Below are positions 9,608 to 18,224 of a stretch of DNA of 64,000 nt, piece after piece. The notes below the pieces were generated by a model that had not been told where the DNA came from, did no database searches, and saw only the letters and a program-made list of their open reading frames with translations. Origin of the DNA: Vicinamibacterales bacterium (GTDB lineage Bacteria > Acidobacteriota > Vicinamibacteria > Vicinamibacterales > 2-12-FULL-66-21); contig DASUKM010000005.1 in NCBI GenBank assembly GCA_036278735.1, positions 3,012 through 67,011 on the forward strand, given 5' to 3'. Position numbers and translations under genes: made by a program. Positions within the stretch are counted from its first letter, which is position 1; every line of letters begins with the position of its first letter.

Positions 9608-10702
9608 TCATCGAAATCTCGCCATTTCAGCCGCCACCGCCAGGTGCTCCTCGGTGGCGAGCTGAGCGCGCAAGGCGGCGCCCGAGGCGGGCGGCCGCCG
9701 CGGCCCGGCCAGGAATCGGGCCTTCACGCGCCGATGCCGCGCCAGCGCATCTTCCACGCGCGCGGCGGGGAGCCGCTCCTCCTCGACGGCGTGAATCACC
9801 GCTTCGATCGCGGCCGCCTGCGCCTCCTGGTCCGGCGCGCACATCAACACGGCGTCACAGCCGGCCGCGACCGCCGCGACCGTCGCCTCGGCCTGCCCGT
9901 ACCGCCCGCTGATCGCTTTCATCTCGAGGTCGTCGCTCAGCACGAGACCGCCGTAGCCGAGCGATTTCTTGAGAAGGCCGTCCACGATCGCCGGCGACAG
10001 CGTCGCCGGACGATCCTCGTCGAGGGCGGGCACGAGAATGTGGGCGGTCATGATCGACGCCACGTTGGCGGCAATCGCGGCGGCGAACGGGACGAGCTCC
10101 ACGGCGCGCAGGCGGTCCGGATCGTGCTCGACGACCGGCAGCTCGTGATGCGAGTCGGTGCTCGTGTCGCCGTGTCCCGGGAAGTGCTTTCCGCACGCGG
10201 CGATCCCCTCCTGCTGCAGCGTCCGGACGATCACGGCGCCGAGCCGCGCGACCTCTTCTGCACGATCGGCGAGCGCGCGGTCCCCGATCACGGGATTGGC
10301 CGGGTTCGTGTGCACGTCCAGGACGGGCGTGTAGTCGAGCGAGATCCCGACCGCCTTCAGTTCCGACGCGAGCGCACGCGCGAAGCGTTCGGCGAGCCGC
10401 TCGTCGCCGCTGCGTCCGAGCGTGACCATGGGGGGCCACTCCGTGAAGCCGCGGCGCAGCCGCGCGACGCGCCCTCCCTCCTGATCGACGCTCACCCACA
10501 GCGGCGTCTCGCGCGCCAGCGCCTGCGCCTCGCGCGCCAGTTCCGCCACCTGCTCGGGCTCCTCGATGTTGCGCGCGAAGAAGATCACGCCGCCGAGATC
10601 GAACTCGCGCGCGAGCCGGCGCAGATCGTCGGGAATCGACGGTCCGGCAAAGCCGGCAATCGCGATCTGCCCGGCCTGACGTCTGATGTCTCTCGCGGAC
10701 AT
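9608..10702 (-). CDS. nagZ: Beta-N-acetylhexosaminidase (GH3)
   Basis: ATG at 10702 (MSARDIRR...). Motifs VSVDQEGGRV, KHFPGHGDT and VLSDDLEM are present. The upstream 340 aa of ORF 9608..11731 is run-through antisense to the kinase gene. Confidence 0.85.
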   Translation of the reverse strand: MSARDIRRQAGQIAIAGFAGPSIPDDLRRLAREFDLGGVIFFARNIEEPEQVAELAREAQALARETPLWVSVDQEGGRVARLRRGFTEWPPMVTLGRSGDERLAERFARALASELKAVGISLDYTPVLDVHTNPANPVIGDRALADRAEEVARLGAVIVRTLQQEGIAACGKHFPGHGDTSTDSHHELPVVEHDPDRLRAVELVPFAAAIAANVASIMTAHILVPALDEDRPATLSPAIVDGLLKKSLGYGGLVLSDDLEMKAISGRYGQAEATVAAVAAGCDAVLMCAPDQEAQAAAIEAVIHAVEEERLPAARVEDALARHRRVKARFLAGPRRPPASGAALRAQLATEEHLAVAAEMARFR

Positions 10703-10726
10703 TTCCGAAGATGATATCGCATTGCC

Positions 10727-10732
10727 TATAAT
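10727..10732 (+). promoter_or_regulatory. Candidate -10 hexamer TATAAT, 6 nt upstream of the kinase GTG start (possible leaderless transcript)
   Basis: A perfect TATAAT lies in the 36-bp divergent gap between nagZ and the kinase gene. There is no convincing -35 and no room for a Shine-Dalgarno sequence. Confidence 0.3.
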
Positions 10733-10738
10733 CGGCCG

Positions 10739-11734
10739 GTGTACATCGAGGCATCGGCGCCGACGCGCATCGATCTGGCCGGCGGCACGCTCGATATCTG
10801 GCCGCTCTATCTCTTTCACGAGCAGGCGCAGACGCTGAACGCCGCGATCAGCCTGCGGGCGCGCTGCACGATCACGCCGCGCGCCGACCGCCGGCTGTCG
10901 ATCGTGTCGGACGACACAGGCGAGCGCGTCGAGGTGGATCACTGGTCGGCGCTGCGCGCCAGCCACGACTTGAAGCTGCTCGGCCTGCTCCTGCACTACT
11001 TCCAGGCCGAAGGCATCGAACTGCGCACGCTGTCGGAGTCGCCGGTCGGGGCCGGCATCGCCGGTTCGTCGGCGCTCAATATCGCCGTCTGCGGCGCGCT
11101 CGAGGCGTGGACCGGCGGCCGCCGGACGCCTGAGGAGATCCTGCAGATCGCGATGAACGTCGAGGCGCAGGCGATCGACGTGCCCACCGGCGTCCAGGAC
11201 TACCGGCCGGCGATGTACGGCGGGGTCTCCGCCGTCGAACTGCGGGTCGACGGCATCCGGCGCGTGGGCCTCGACGTGCCGCTCGGCGATCTGCAGCAGC
11301 GCCTCGCGCTCGCCTACACCGGCGCCTCCCGCAATTCGGGCATCAACAACTGGGACGTGACCAAGCGCCACATCGACGGCGACCGCGGCGTCCAGGCGCA
11401 TTTCGCGCGGATCGCCGCCATCGCCGGCGAGATGCGCCAGGCGCTCGAAGCGCGCGACTGGACCGAAGTCGGCCGTCAGGTCGCGGCCGAGTGGGACAAC
11501 CGCAAGCAGCTCGCCCCGGGGGTCGCGACGCCGGATATCGAAGCGATGCTCGCGGCCGCGCGGGCCGCCGGCGCGAGCGGCGGCAAGGTGTGCGGCGCGG
11601 GGGGCGGCGGCTGCCTGTTCTGCTTCGGCGAACCGGACGTCATCCCCGCCGTCCGGCAGGCGCTCGCCGCCTGCGGCGCCCGGCTCCTCGACTTCCGCCT
11701 CGAGCCCCGCGGCCTCGTCGTCGAACGACACTGA
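10739..11734 (+). CDS. GHMP-family sugar kinase
   Basis: YIEASAPTRIDLAGGTLD N-terminus, GHMP motif PVGAGIAGSSAL, and C-terminal GGKVCGAGGGG. The start is GTG. Confidence 0.75.
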   Translation: MYIEASAPTRIDLAGGTLDIWPLYLFHEQAQTLNAAISLRARCTITPRADRRLSIVSDDTGERVEVDHWSALRASHDLKLLGLLLHYFQAEGIELRTLSESPVGAGIAGSSALNIAVCGALEAWTGGRRTPEEILQIAMNVEAQAIDVPTGVQDYRPAMYGGVSAVELRVDGIRRVGLDVPLGDLQQRLALAYTGASRNSGINNWDVTKRHIDGDRGVQAHFARIAAIAGEMRQALEARDWTEVGRQVAAEWDNRKQLAPGVATPDIEAMLAAARAAGASGGKVCGAGGGGCLFCFGEPDVIPAVRQALAACGARLLDFRLEPRGLVVERH

Positions 11735-11745
11735 ACGCCCGCGGC

Positions 11746-11937
11746 ATGAACGACCCGGTCGCCGAGATCCGCCGCCTCTACTTCGCCACCACGCGCGCCA
11801 CGATCGACCGCGACCTCGCGCGCGCGATCGATCTCTTGAAGCGCATGAAAGACGACGACGAGCGAAGCCGCGCCGCCGTGTTCATGCACGGCCTCCACCA
11901 GATGAAAAAAGAGTGGGCGGGCCGGAAGCCGGACTGA
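11746..11937 (+). CDS. Small hypothetical protein (63 aa)
   Basis: ATG at 11746, 12 nt after the kinase stop. The sequence is helical and charged (MNDPVAEIRRLYFATTRATIDRDLARAIDLLKRMKDDDE...). No family recognised. Confidence 0.35.
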   Translation: MNDPVAEIRRLYFATTRATIDRDLARAIDLLKRMKDDDERSRAAVFMHGLHQMKKEWAGRKPD

Positions 11938-11960
11938 CGGCCCGCCCACATTTCCGACCG

Positions 11961-12415
11961 GCGATTGCCGATTGCCGATCTCAGGAGCGATTGTCGATTG
12001 GGGGATCGACGGAGTGCAGATTGCCGATCGCAGGTCAGATTGGCGATTGCCGATTGGTCGGATTGTCCATTGGCGATTGGCGATGAATGGGATTGTGCAT
12101 TGGCGATTGCCGATTGGTCGAATTGTCCACTGGCGATTGGCGATTGGCGATTGGCGCCGCTCAATCAAACACGCGCGACATCCCCAAATCGCCTGCCTGG
12201 GGAGCAATTCGCCTGCGGCATTCAATCGCCAATCGCCTCGTCAATCGCCAATCGCCTCGTCAATCGGCAATCGGCCATCGCCCTCGTCAATCGCCAATCG
12301 CCAATAGCCCTCGCCAATCGCCAATCGCCAATCGTCAATGAAATTGCCACTCGGCAACCCGTCGATCGGCAATCGACCTTCGACCCTTCGATCGGCAATC
12401 CGAAATCAACCCTCG
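11961..12415. repeat. Inverted double array of heptamers: (GATTGSC)n at about 11961-12156 facing (CAATCGS)n at about 12223-12410
   Basis: Read directly from the sequence. The two unit types are exact reverse complements. The left arm contains an internal 60-bp direct repeat (12039 vs 12099). The array fills the convergent gap between the stop at 11937 and the stop at 12416. Confidence 0.9.
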
Positions 12416-13213
12416 TCAATTACTGTGCCCCTTGCTGGAGAGCTTGCGGGCGAGGAGCCGCAACGCCTCAGGGACGTTGCGGTCGGTCGCGATCATCTTG
12501 ACGTCGCGTTCGTTGATCCGGTGGATGAGTGACATCGACATGCCCGGCGGCGTCTTCGGGTTGCGGCACAGCCCGAGCGCCACGCCGTAGTTCTTCACCC
12601 AGGACCGATTCATCCCGATCACGCGCAGGACTTCTTCCGAAACGTTGCCCATTTTCGCGAAGGCCTCGACCTCGCTCTCGGTCAGCTTCGGGCTGCTCAG
12701 CACGGCAGCCGACACCAGCTTGTTCGAGTCGCGAATCAGCGCCGAGCGCTGCTCGCGAGTTCCCTTCATCGCCAGCTTCATGCGTTCGAGGACGGACAAC
12801 GACGAGAGCAGCTTGTGCTCGGGGGCGCCGGCCTCCCCCCCTTCGGCCTGCGGCAGCTCCGTCAAGGTATCGAGCAGCGGATCCTGCCCGGCCTGGTCTT
12901 GTTCCTCGGCGGCGGCCCCCGCGGGAGGGGCCGAGGGTTCGATCCCGCGCGCGGCGAAGAAGGCGCGGATCTCGGGGGGGACCTCGCTGCGCCCCAGGAA
13001 GGCCCGCAGCGGCACTTCCGGCAGCTTGCGGATCGTCTCGGCTGCCGTGCGGGCCACCTCGGGATCGGGGTCGTCGGACAGCATGACGAGCAGCGCAATC
13101 TGGTCGTGCGCGCGCGGCGCGAGCGCGCCGTCGGCGGCGAGCAGCCGCACGTCGCGCGCCACCTCGCCTCGCCGGAAGAAATCGATGAGCGGCGAACGGA
13201 ATCCCGGGTCCAT
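12416..13213 (-). CDS. Hypothetical protein with HEAT/ARM-like helical repeats
   Basis: Clean ORF with ATG at 13213, 2 nt after the upstream stop. It has protein-like composition and an acidic linker. No family named with confidence. Confidence 0.55.
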   Translation of the reverse strand: MDPGFRSPLIDFFRRGEVARDVRLLAADGALAPRAHDQIALLVMLSDDPDPEVARTAAETIRKLPEVPLRAFLGRSEVPPEIRAFFAARGIEPSAPPAGAAAEEQDQAGQDPLLDTLTELPQAEGGEAGAPEHKLLSSLSVLERMKLAMKGTREQRSALIRDSNKLVSAAVLSSPKLTESEVEAFAKMGNVSEEVLRVIGMNRSWVKNYGVALGLCRNPKTPPGMSMSLIHRINERDVKMIATDRNVPEALRLLARKLSSKGHSN

Positions 13214-13215
13214 GT

Positions 13216-13971
13216 CTACTTCAGAAAGCTCGCGGCGGTCGCCGGCGTAATACGCGCGCTGCGGACCTGCCCCGAGCCGCCGAGCGCGCGCCCGGGGCGC
13301 CCGTCGATCGAGAACGCGAACGCGCCGGCATTGCCAATCTCGATCACGGCATCCTGCCGCACGACGTGCGTCTCGTGTTCGCCGGGTTGCATGATCCGCG
13401 ACACGATCCGCCGGCCGTCAACCGTCAAGGACACCCAGCAGGCCGCGGTCGGATGGAGATCGAGCGTGATTGTCTGACCCGCCGGCGGCGTCGGCGCGGG
13501 TTTCGTGCCTTCCGCCACCGGCCGGGCCGCGGGGGCGGGCGCTGGAGCGATCACCGCGGCCGTGACGCGCGCGCGCTCGTGCCCACGCCAGGCCGCCACA
13601 CCCGCCCATGCGGCCGCGACGAGCAGCAGCAGACCCAGGGCCGCGACGCCCAGCTTCAGCAGCACCCCGGCGTGAAGCGGCGGCTCGAACGGCATCTCGC
13701 GCGTCGCCACCGCGACCATCGGAGCCGGCACCGGTTCGCAGCCGGTCTCTTCGACGAATTCCCGGATCGTCTCGTCCGGATCGAGGCCGACCTCGATCGC
13801 ATACGCGCGCACGAACGCGCGGCTGAAAAGGCCGCCGGGCAGCCGCGTCGTCTCGTTGCGCTCGAGCGCCTCGAGCGACGTGACCGAGATCTTGGTGCTG
13901 GCGGCAATCTGCCGAAGGGAAAGTCCGCGGCGTTCGCGCGCCTGGCGCAGCTTGCCGCCGAAATCGCTCAT
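13216..13971 (-). CDS. RodZ-like HTH (XRE-type) membrane protein
   Basis: ATG at 13971 overlaps the thiE stop (ATGA). MSDFGGKLRQARERRGLSLRQIAASTKISVTSLEALE is an HTH. It is followed by one TM segment and a C-terminal beta-rich domain, as in RodZ. Confidence 0.65.
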   Translation of the reverse strand: MSDFGGKLRQARERRGLSLRQIAASTKISVTSLEALERNETTRLPGGLFSRAFVRAYAIEVGLDPDETIREFVEETGCEPVPAPMVAVATREMPFEPPLHAGVLLKLGVAALGLLLLVAAAWAGVAAWRGHERARVTAAVIAPAPAPAARPVAEGTKPAPTPPAGQTITLDLHPTAACWVSLTVDGRRIVSRIMQPGEHETHVVRQDAVIEIGNAGAFAFSIDGRPGRALGGSGQVRSARITPATAASFLK

Positions 13972-14654
13972 GTGCCCGCCGTCACTGTAGACAAGCCCGG
14001 CGGGGGTGTCAACGCGGCGCGAAACGCCCGCACGCACGCCTCGAGCGCCGCGGCATCCGGCGCCGTCATGAACGGACCGACGGCCGCGGCCCCGGCGGCC
14101 CCTGCCGCCCGCACGAGCCTGGCATTGCCCGGATGGACGCCGCCGATGGCCAGGATGGGGACCGTGGTGCGCGCCGCCACCGCGGCGAGCAGGGCGGTGC
14201 CGCCAACGGGATGTCCCGCCGGCTTCCCCGCCGACGCGAAGATGGTGCCGACCAGCAGATAATCGCAGCCGCCCGCCCGCGCCACGCCCTCCGCCTCGTC
14301 CGGCGAGTGCACCGAGCGGCCGATCAGAAACGACGGGGGCGCAAGGCGCCGGGCCCGGACGACGGGCAGCGAATCCGCGCGCAGATGGACGCCATGCGCG
14401 CCAGCCCGGAGCGCGACGTCGAGACGATCGTTCACGAGCACGCGCGCGGCCGTGCCGGCCACGGCAGCCACCGCGTCGCCAGCCACCGCCGCCAGCTCGC
14501 GATCGCCGAGGTCCCGTTCGCGGATTTGAATCAGGTCCACGCCGCTGCGCGCCGCGGCGGACACGCGCGCGATCAAGGCGGGCACCGAGGGATCCGGTGC
14601 ACGGCGGCGATCGGTCACCAGCATGAGCACCGGCGACCTCCAGCCGCTCGTCAT
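13968..14654 (-). CDS. thiE: Thiamine-phosphate synthase
   Basis: ATG at 14654 (MTSGWRSPVLMLVTD...). The pattern IQIRERD...VNDRLDVAL...GVHL...GRS...DYLLVGTIF...AIGG is typical of ThiE. Confidence 0.8.
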   Translation of the reverse strand: MTSGWRSPVLMLVTDRRRAPDPSVPALIARVSAAARSGVDLIQIRERDLGDRELAAVAGDAVAAVAGTAARVLVNDRLDVALRAGAHGVHLRADSLPVVRARRLAPPSFLIGRSVHSPDEAEGVARAGGCDYLLVGTIFASAGKPAGHPVGGTALLAAVAARTTVPILAIGGVHPGNARLVRAAGAAGAAAVGPFMTAPDAAALEACVRAFRAALTPPPGLSTVTAGT

Positions 14655-14923
14655 CGAGGCGCCTGTTCCCCTGGGGGCGCCGGGCGCCGGCGCGACGAGA
14701 GCAGCACGACCAGTTCCACGATCCCCGCCACCGCCGTCACGGCCCCGATCCCCGAGACCGCACCGCGCACGTACGCATTCTGCAGGAAGGCGCGCAGGGC
14801 GGGACGCGCGACGGCATAGACGTTGTGGTCCCACAGGGACGACCACGGCGCGACAATCAGAATCAGGCCGGCCTCGAGGAAGTACGCCGCGAACAGCACG
14901 CGCGTGACGGCCCGGATGATCAT
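14651..14923 (-). CDS. Small membrane protein (90 aa), hypothetical
   Basis: ATG at 14923 overlaps the TPR gene stop, and its own stop overlaps the thiE ATG (ATGA both sides). It has two or three hydrophobic segments. Confidence 0.5.
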   Translation of the reverse strand: MIIRAVTRVLFAAYFLEAGLILIVAPWSSLWDHNVYAVARPALRAFLQNAYVRGAVSGIGAVTAVAGIVELVVLLSSRRRPAPPGEQAPR

Positions 14924-16827
14924 CCTCCGGCCTGGACGCGCGCGAGGCGGTCGACCCGCGCGGCGACGTCCCGATAATCCTCGGCGTCCGCCTGCAGCTC
15001 GAGGAACACGGCCAGCGCGCGCGCGGTCTCCCCCGCGCCTTCGAGCGTCGTGCCGAGATCGTACAGGAGCGAACGCCCCTCCTCGACGCCGGGCGCCGGC
15101 GCCTCGGCCGCACGCTCGAGCCACTCGACGGCATGCGGAATGTCGTTGCGCTGCCGATACAGCCGGCCAAGAATGCCCGCCGCCTCGAACCGGTGCCGCG
15201 GCGAGCGCGCGGCGGCCGCCAAGGCGGTCACCGCTTCCTCCGTCATGCCCATTTCGAGATAGGTGCGCGCCAGCTTCAGTTGCTGCGCGGCCTCCTCTGC
15301 CCCGGTATGTCGGGACACCTCGGTGCGGAAGTCCTGGAACACTTCGTCGAGATTCTGGCGCGGTGGTGTCGGCGGCGTCGGCATGGTCGGCGTCCCCTGC
15401 AAATCGCCAAGCAGGCGCGTCAAGTCGATCTCGACCGGCCCGGCTGGCTTCTGGTCCGATGGCGGCGGCGGTACGGGCGCCGGCGCCGGGTGAGTCGGCA
15501 ACGACGGCGGCGGTTCCTCCGGCTCCACGTTCACGGCCGCAGGCGATGGCACCGGCGGCGCCGGACTCGCCACCGCCTGCATCGACTCGGCAAAGGGATC
15601 GGTCGCCGTGAAGGGGGCCTGCCCGCTCAGCCGTTCGGCGATCAAGGTATCGGGATCGGACACCTTGAGCATCACCAGGGCGCGGCGGAAGCGATCGATG
15701 TGCGCCCGCTCCCAGGGCTCGCGCGCCACGAGGTCCTCCGCGATCACCCGCGCCTCGGCCGCCTGCCCCACCCCGAGGTACGCATCGGCGAGCTGCGCCT
15801 GCGCCTCGTACATCGCGGCCTCGAGGCCGCCGTCCACGCACACTTCGACGAGCTTCAGCAGCGCGGGCACATGGTTCGGCAGGCGGGTGACGAGTTCCTG
15901 CAGGATCCCCGCGGCGTTGCCATGGTCGCCGGCGGCGATCGACGCGTCGACCGCCGTGTCGATGCAGACGAAGGCCGCGTCGGCGGAGGTCTCGGCGAGC
16001 GTCCACGCGAGTTCCACGACGTTGTGCCGCAGACCCGCGTCGAGCGCGAGCAATTGCGGCAGCAGGTCGCGCGCCTGCTCGAGCGCCCCGGAGCGCAGCT
16101 CGACGTTGATGAGTGCGAGCAGCAGCGCCGGATCGCCGGCGGCGGTCTCGCGATCGAGATACTGCCGCGCGGCGTCGTAGTCGCCGGCCGCCACGGCGGC
16201 CCTGGCCAGCTCGCCGCGGCCGTCCTTGTCGTCGGGATTCAGGCGGACCGCTTCGCGCAGCGCCGCGATCGCCTCGTCCTGCCGCCCCTTCTCGATCAAA
16301 TCCGCGTGCAGCTCGCGGTACCGGATCGCGGCCGCGATCCCGTCGCCGTCCTCGGCGAGTACCCGCGCGGCCGCCAGGCGTGCGTCGATGTCGGAGAGAT
16401 CGAGCGAGCCGAGCCGGACCACGATCTCGTGGAGCCCGGCGCGATCGCCACGCGCGCGGCGGCGCTCGGCGACGGCGCCGAAGTGCGTCTTCGCGTCGGC
16501 GAGCAGCCCCTGGCGCGCCGACAGCTCCGCCAGGTTCAGCAGCGCCCCTTCGTCGTCCGGCTTGATCTTGAGGATTTTCTTGTAGATGGCCGCGGACTTC
16601 GGATAGAAGCCCTCGTTCATCAGGTGCTCGGCGATCCGGCCGTAGAAGCCGGCCGCCTTGTCGGCCTGTCCGGCGCGCGCGTACAGATCGCCCAGGGTAT
16701 TGGTCGTCGTCCAGTCGCGCGGCTGGTCGTCGACGACCCGCGCGTACTCGGCGATGGCGGCCTCGAGCCGCCCCTGGCGGAGCAGCTTTTCCGCCTTTTT
16801 CAGCGTGTCTTCACGATCGAAGGCCAA
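14920..16827 (-). CDS. TPR-repeat protein with Pro-rich linker and FimV-C-terminal-like motif
   Basis: TTG start at 16827 preceded by GGAGAA. There are multiple TPR-like helices and a central PAPPVPSP... linker. The C-terminal LKLARTYLEMGMTEEA resembles the FimV C-terminal motif (recall-based). Confidence 0.7.
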   Translation of the reverse strand: MAFDREDTLKKAEKLLRQGRLEAAIAEYARVVDDQPRDWTTTNTLGDLYARAGQADKAAGFYGRIAEHLMNEGFYPKSAAIYKKILKIKPDDEGALLNLAELSARQGLLADAKTHFGAVAERRRARGDRAGLHEIVVRLGSLDLSDIDARLAAARVLAEDGDGIAAAIRYRELHADLIEKGRQDEAIAALREAVRLNPDDKDGRGELARAAVAAGDYDAARQYLDRETAAGDPALLLALINVELRSGALEQARDLLPQLLALDAGLRHNVVELAWTLAETSADAAFVCIDTAVDASIAAGDHGNAAGILQELVTRLPNHVPALLKLVEVCVDGGLEAAMYEAQAQLADAYLGVGQAAEARVIAEDLVAREPWERAHIDRFRRALVMLKVSDPDTLIAERLSGQAPFTATDPFAESMQAVASPAPPVPSPAAVNVEPEEPPPSLPTHPAPAPVPPPPSDQKPAGPVEIDLTRLLGDLQGTPTMPTPPTPPRQNLDEVFQDFRTEVSRHTGAEEAAQQLKLARTYLEMGMTEEAVTALAAAARSPRHRFEAAGILGRLYRQRNDIPHAVEWLERAAEAPAPGVEEGRSLLYDLGTTLEGAGETARALAVFLELQADAEDYRDVAARVDRLARVQAGG

Positions 16828-16871
16828 CAGGGTTCTCCACGGGCCGGCGGTCCGCCGGGGAGCGGCGTGGG

Positions 16872-17495
16872 TCAGTCCATCCTATCAAACAGCGATGGCG
16901 GCCGGAACGAGCGCCGGTGCACCGCGGAGTACCCGTGCCGCGCCACCGCGTCCAGATGGTCGCGCGTCGCGTACCCCTTGTGACGGTCGAAGCCGTAGCG
17001 GGGATCGGCGGCGTGGAGTTCCGCCATGAGCCGATCGCGCGTGACTTTGGCGACGATCGACGCCGCGGCAATCGCCGTACAGCGCGCGTCGCCGTGGACG
17101 ACGCCCCGCTGGGCCATGGGCAGATCGGGGATCCGGAACGCATCGACCAGCACCATGTCGGGCAGCGGCACGAGCGAGAGCACCGCCTGCTGCATGGCGC
17201 GGAGCGAGGCCTGATGGATGTTCAGGCGATCGATCTCCGCCGGCTCGACGCGCATGGCGGACCAGGCCACCGCCGTGCGCGTGATCCGCGCGTAGAGGTG
17301 CTCCCGCTCGCGCGCCGTCACGGTTTTCGAATCGCACACCCGCGGGATGTAACGGTCCTCGTCGAGCACCACCGCGGCGGCCACGACCGGCCCGGCCAGG
17401 CACCCGCGGCCGACCTCGTCGACCCCGGCGACGTACAGGAACCCCATGCGCCGCAGCGCATTCTCGAGGGTCCGATACGCCCGGACTTTGACCAT
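16872..17495 (-). CDS. rnhB: Ribonuclease HII
   Basis: VAGVDEVGRGCLAGPVV, DSK, and a C-terminal HRRSF motif. Confidence 0.9.
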   Translation of the reverse strand: MVKVRAYRTLENALRRMGFLYVAGVDEVGRGCLAGPVVAAAVVLDEDRYIPRVCDSKTVTAREREHLYARITRTAVAWSAMRVEPAEIDRLNIHQASLRAMQQAVLSLVPLPDMVLVDAFRIPDLPMAQRGVVHGDARCTAIAAASIVAKVTRDRLMAELHAADPRYGFDRHKGYATRDHLDAVARHGYSAVHRRSFRPPSLFDRMD

Positions 17496-17505
17496 GATCC
17501 GGCCG

Positions 17506-17850
17506 CTACTTCGCTTCCTTCATCCGCGCCGCCTTGCCCTTCAGGCCGCGCAGGAAGTAGAGCTTCGCGCGCCGGACGCGCGCCGTGCGCAGCACCTCGA
17601 TCTTGTCGATGCTCGGCGAGTGCAGCGGAAAGATGCGCTCCACGCCCTGGCCGAACGACACCTTGCGCACCGTAAAGGTCGCCCGCGCGCCGCCGCGGTG
17701 CTGGCCGATGATGATGCCCTCGAAGACCTGGATGCGCTCCTTGTCTCCTTCGCGCACTTTCACGTGCACCCGCACGGTGTCCCCCGGCTTGATCGCCGGG
17801 CGCTCGGTCAGTTGGCCGCGCTCGACGGTCTCAACGGCAGTCATGATCAT
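17506..17850 (-). CDS. rplS: 50S ribosomal protein L19
   Basis: ATG at 17850 preceded by [19 protein letters not shown]...[24 protein letters not shown]... Confidence 0.95.
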   Translation of the reverse strand: MIMTAVETVERGQLTERPAIKPGDTVRVHVKVREGDKERIQVFEGIIIGQHRGGARATFTVRKVSFGQGVERIFPLHSPSIDKIEVLRTARVRRAKLYFLRGLKGKAARMKEAK

Positions 17851-17868
17851 CTCCCTGTTTAACCGGGG

Positions 17869-18224
17869 GACTCGGCGTCCCCCGGACCCCCTCACGCCGT
17901 CTCTCGCGCCGCTGTCTTCCTCAGCCGGGGGGCTTCGCCCCGCCGGCCCCCCTTCACGCTCACTCGCGGCCCGCTCCGCCGGGCCGCTCCGTTCGCGTGG
18001 CTCGCTCGCGCGGCTCACTCGCGATACGTCTGTCACTCCGGGACTGGACTCGGCGTCCCCCGGGACTCCCTCACGCCGTCTCTCGCGCCGCTGTCTTCCT
18101 CAGCCGGGGGGCTTCGCCCCGCCGGCCCCCCTTCACGCTCACTCGCGGCCCGCTCCGCCGGGCCGCTCCGTTCGCGTGGCTCGCTCGCGCGGCTCGCTCG
18201 CGATACGTCTGTCACTCCGGGACT
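17869..18224 (-). repeat. Two tandem 178-bp units between the trmD stop and the rplS start
   Basis: gactcggcgtcc recurs at 17869 and 18047. Each unit includes a copy of the last trmD codons plus stop (GTCCCGGAGTGA on the minus strand), the box GAGCCACGCGAACGGAGCG, and two GC hairpins. Confidence 0.9.

Noticed and set aside
7237-9912. 891-aa plus-strand ORF, and similar giants (21532..24291, 25270..27684, 42022..44331, 43992..46742, 51211..53400, 60729..63332, 42074..44062)
   Set aside because: Each lies opposite or out of frame to a well-supported conserved gene and has a low-complexity Arg/Gly/Pro/Asp composition. These are the shadow ORFs expected in high-GC DNA.
11972-12532. Small ORFs inside the heptamer arrays (11965..12501, 11972..12307, 12087..12341, 12222..12419, 11778..12164)
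   Set aside because: These are repetitive peptides (IGDW/RLAIGD, ANRQS) generated by 7-nt repeats read in all frames. There are no start-site signals.
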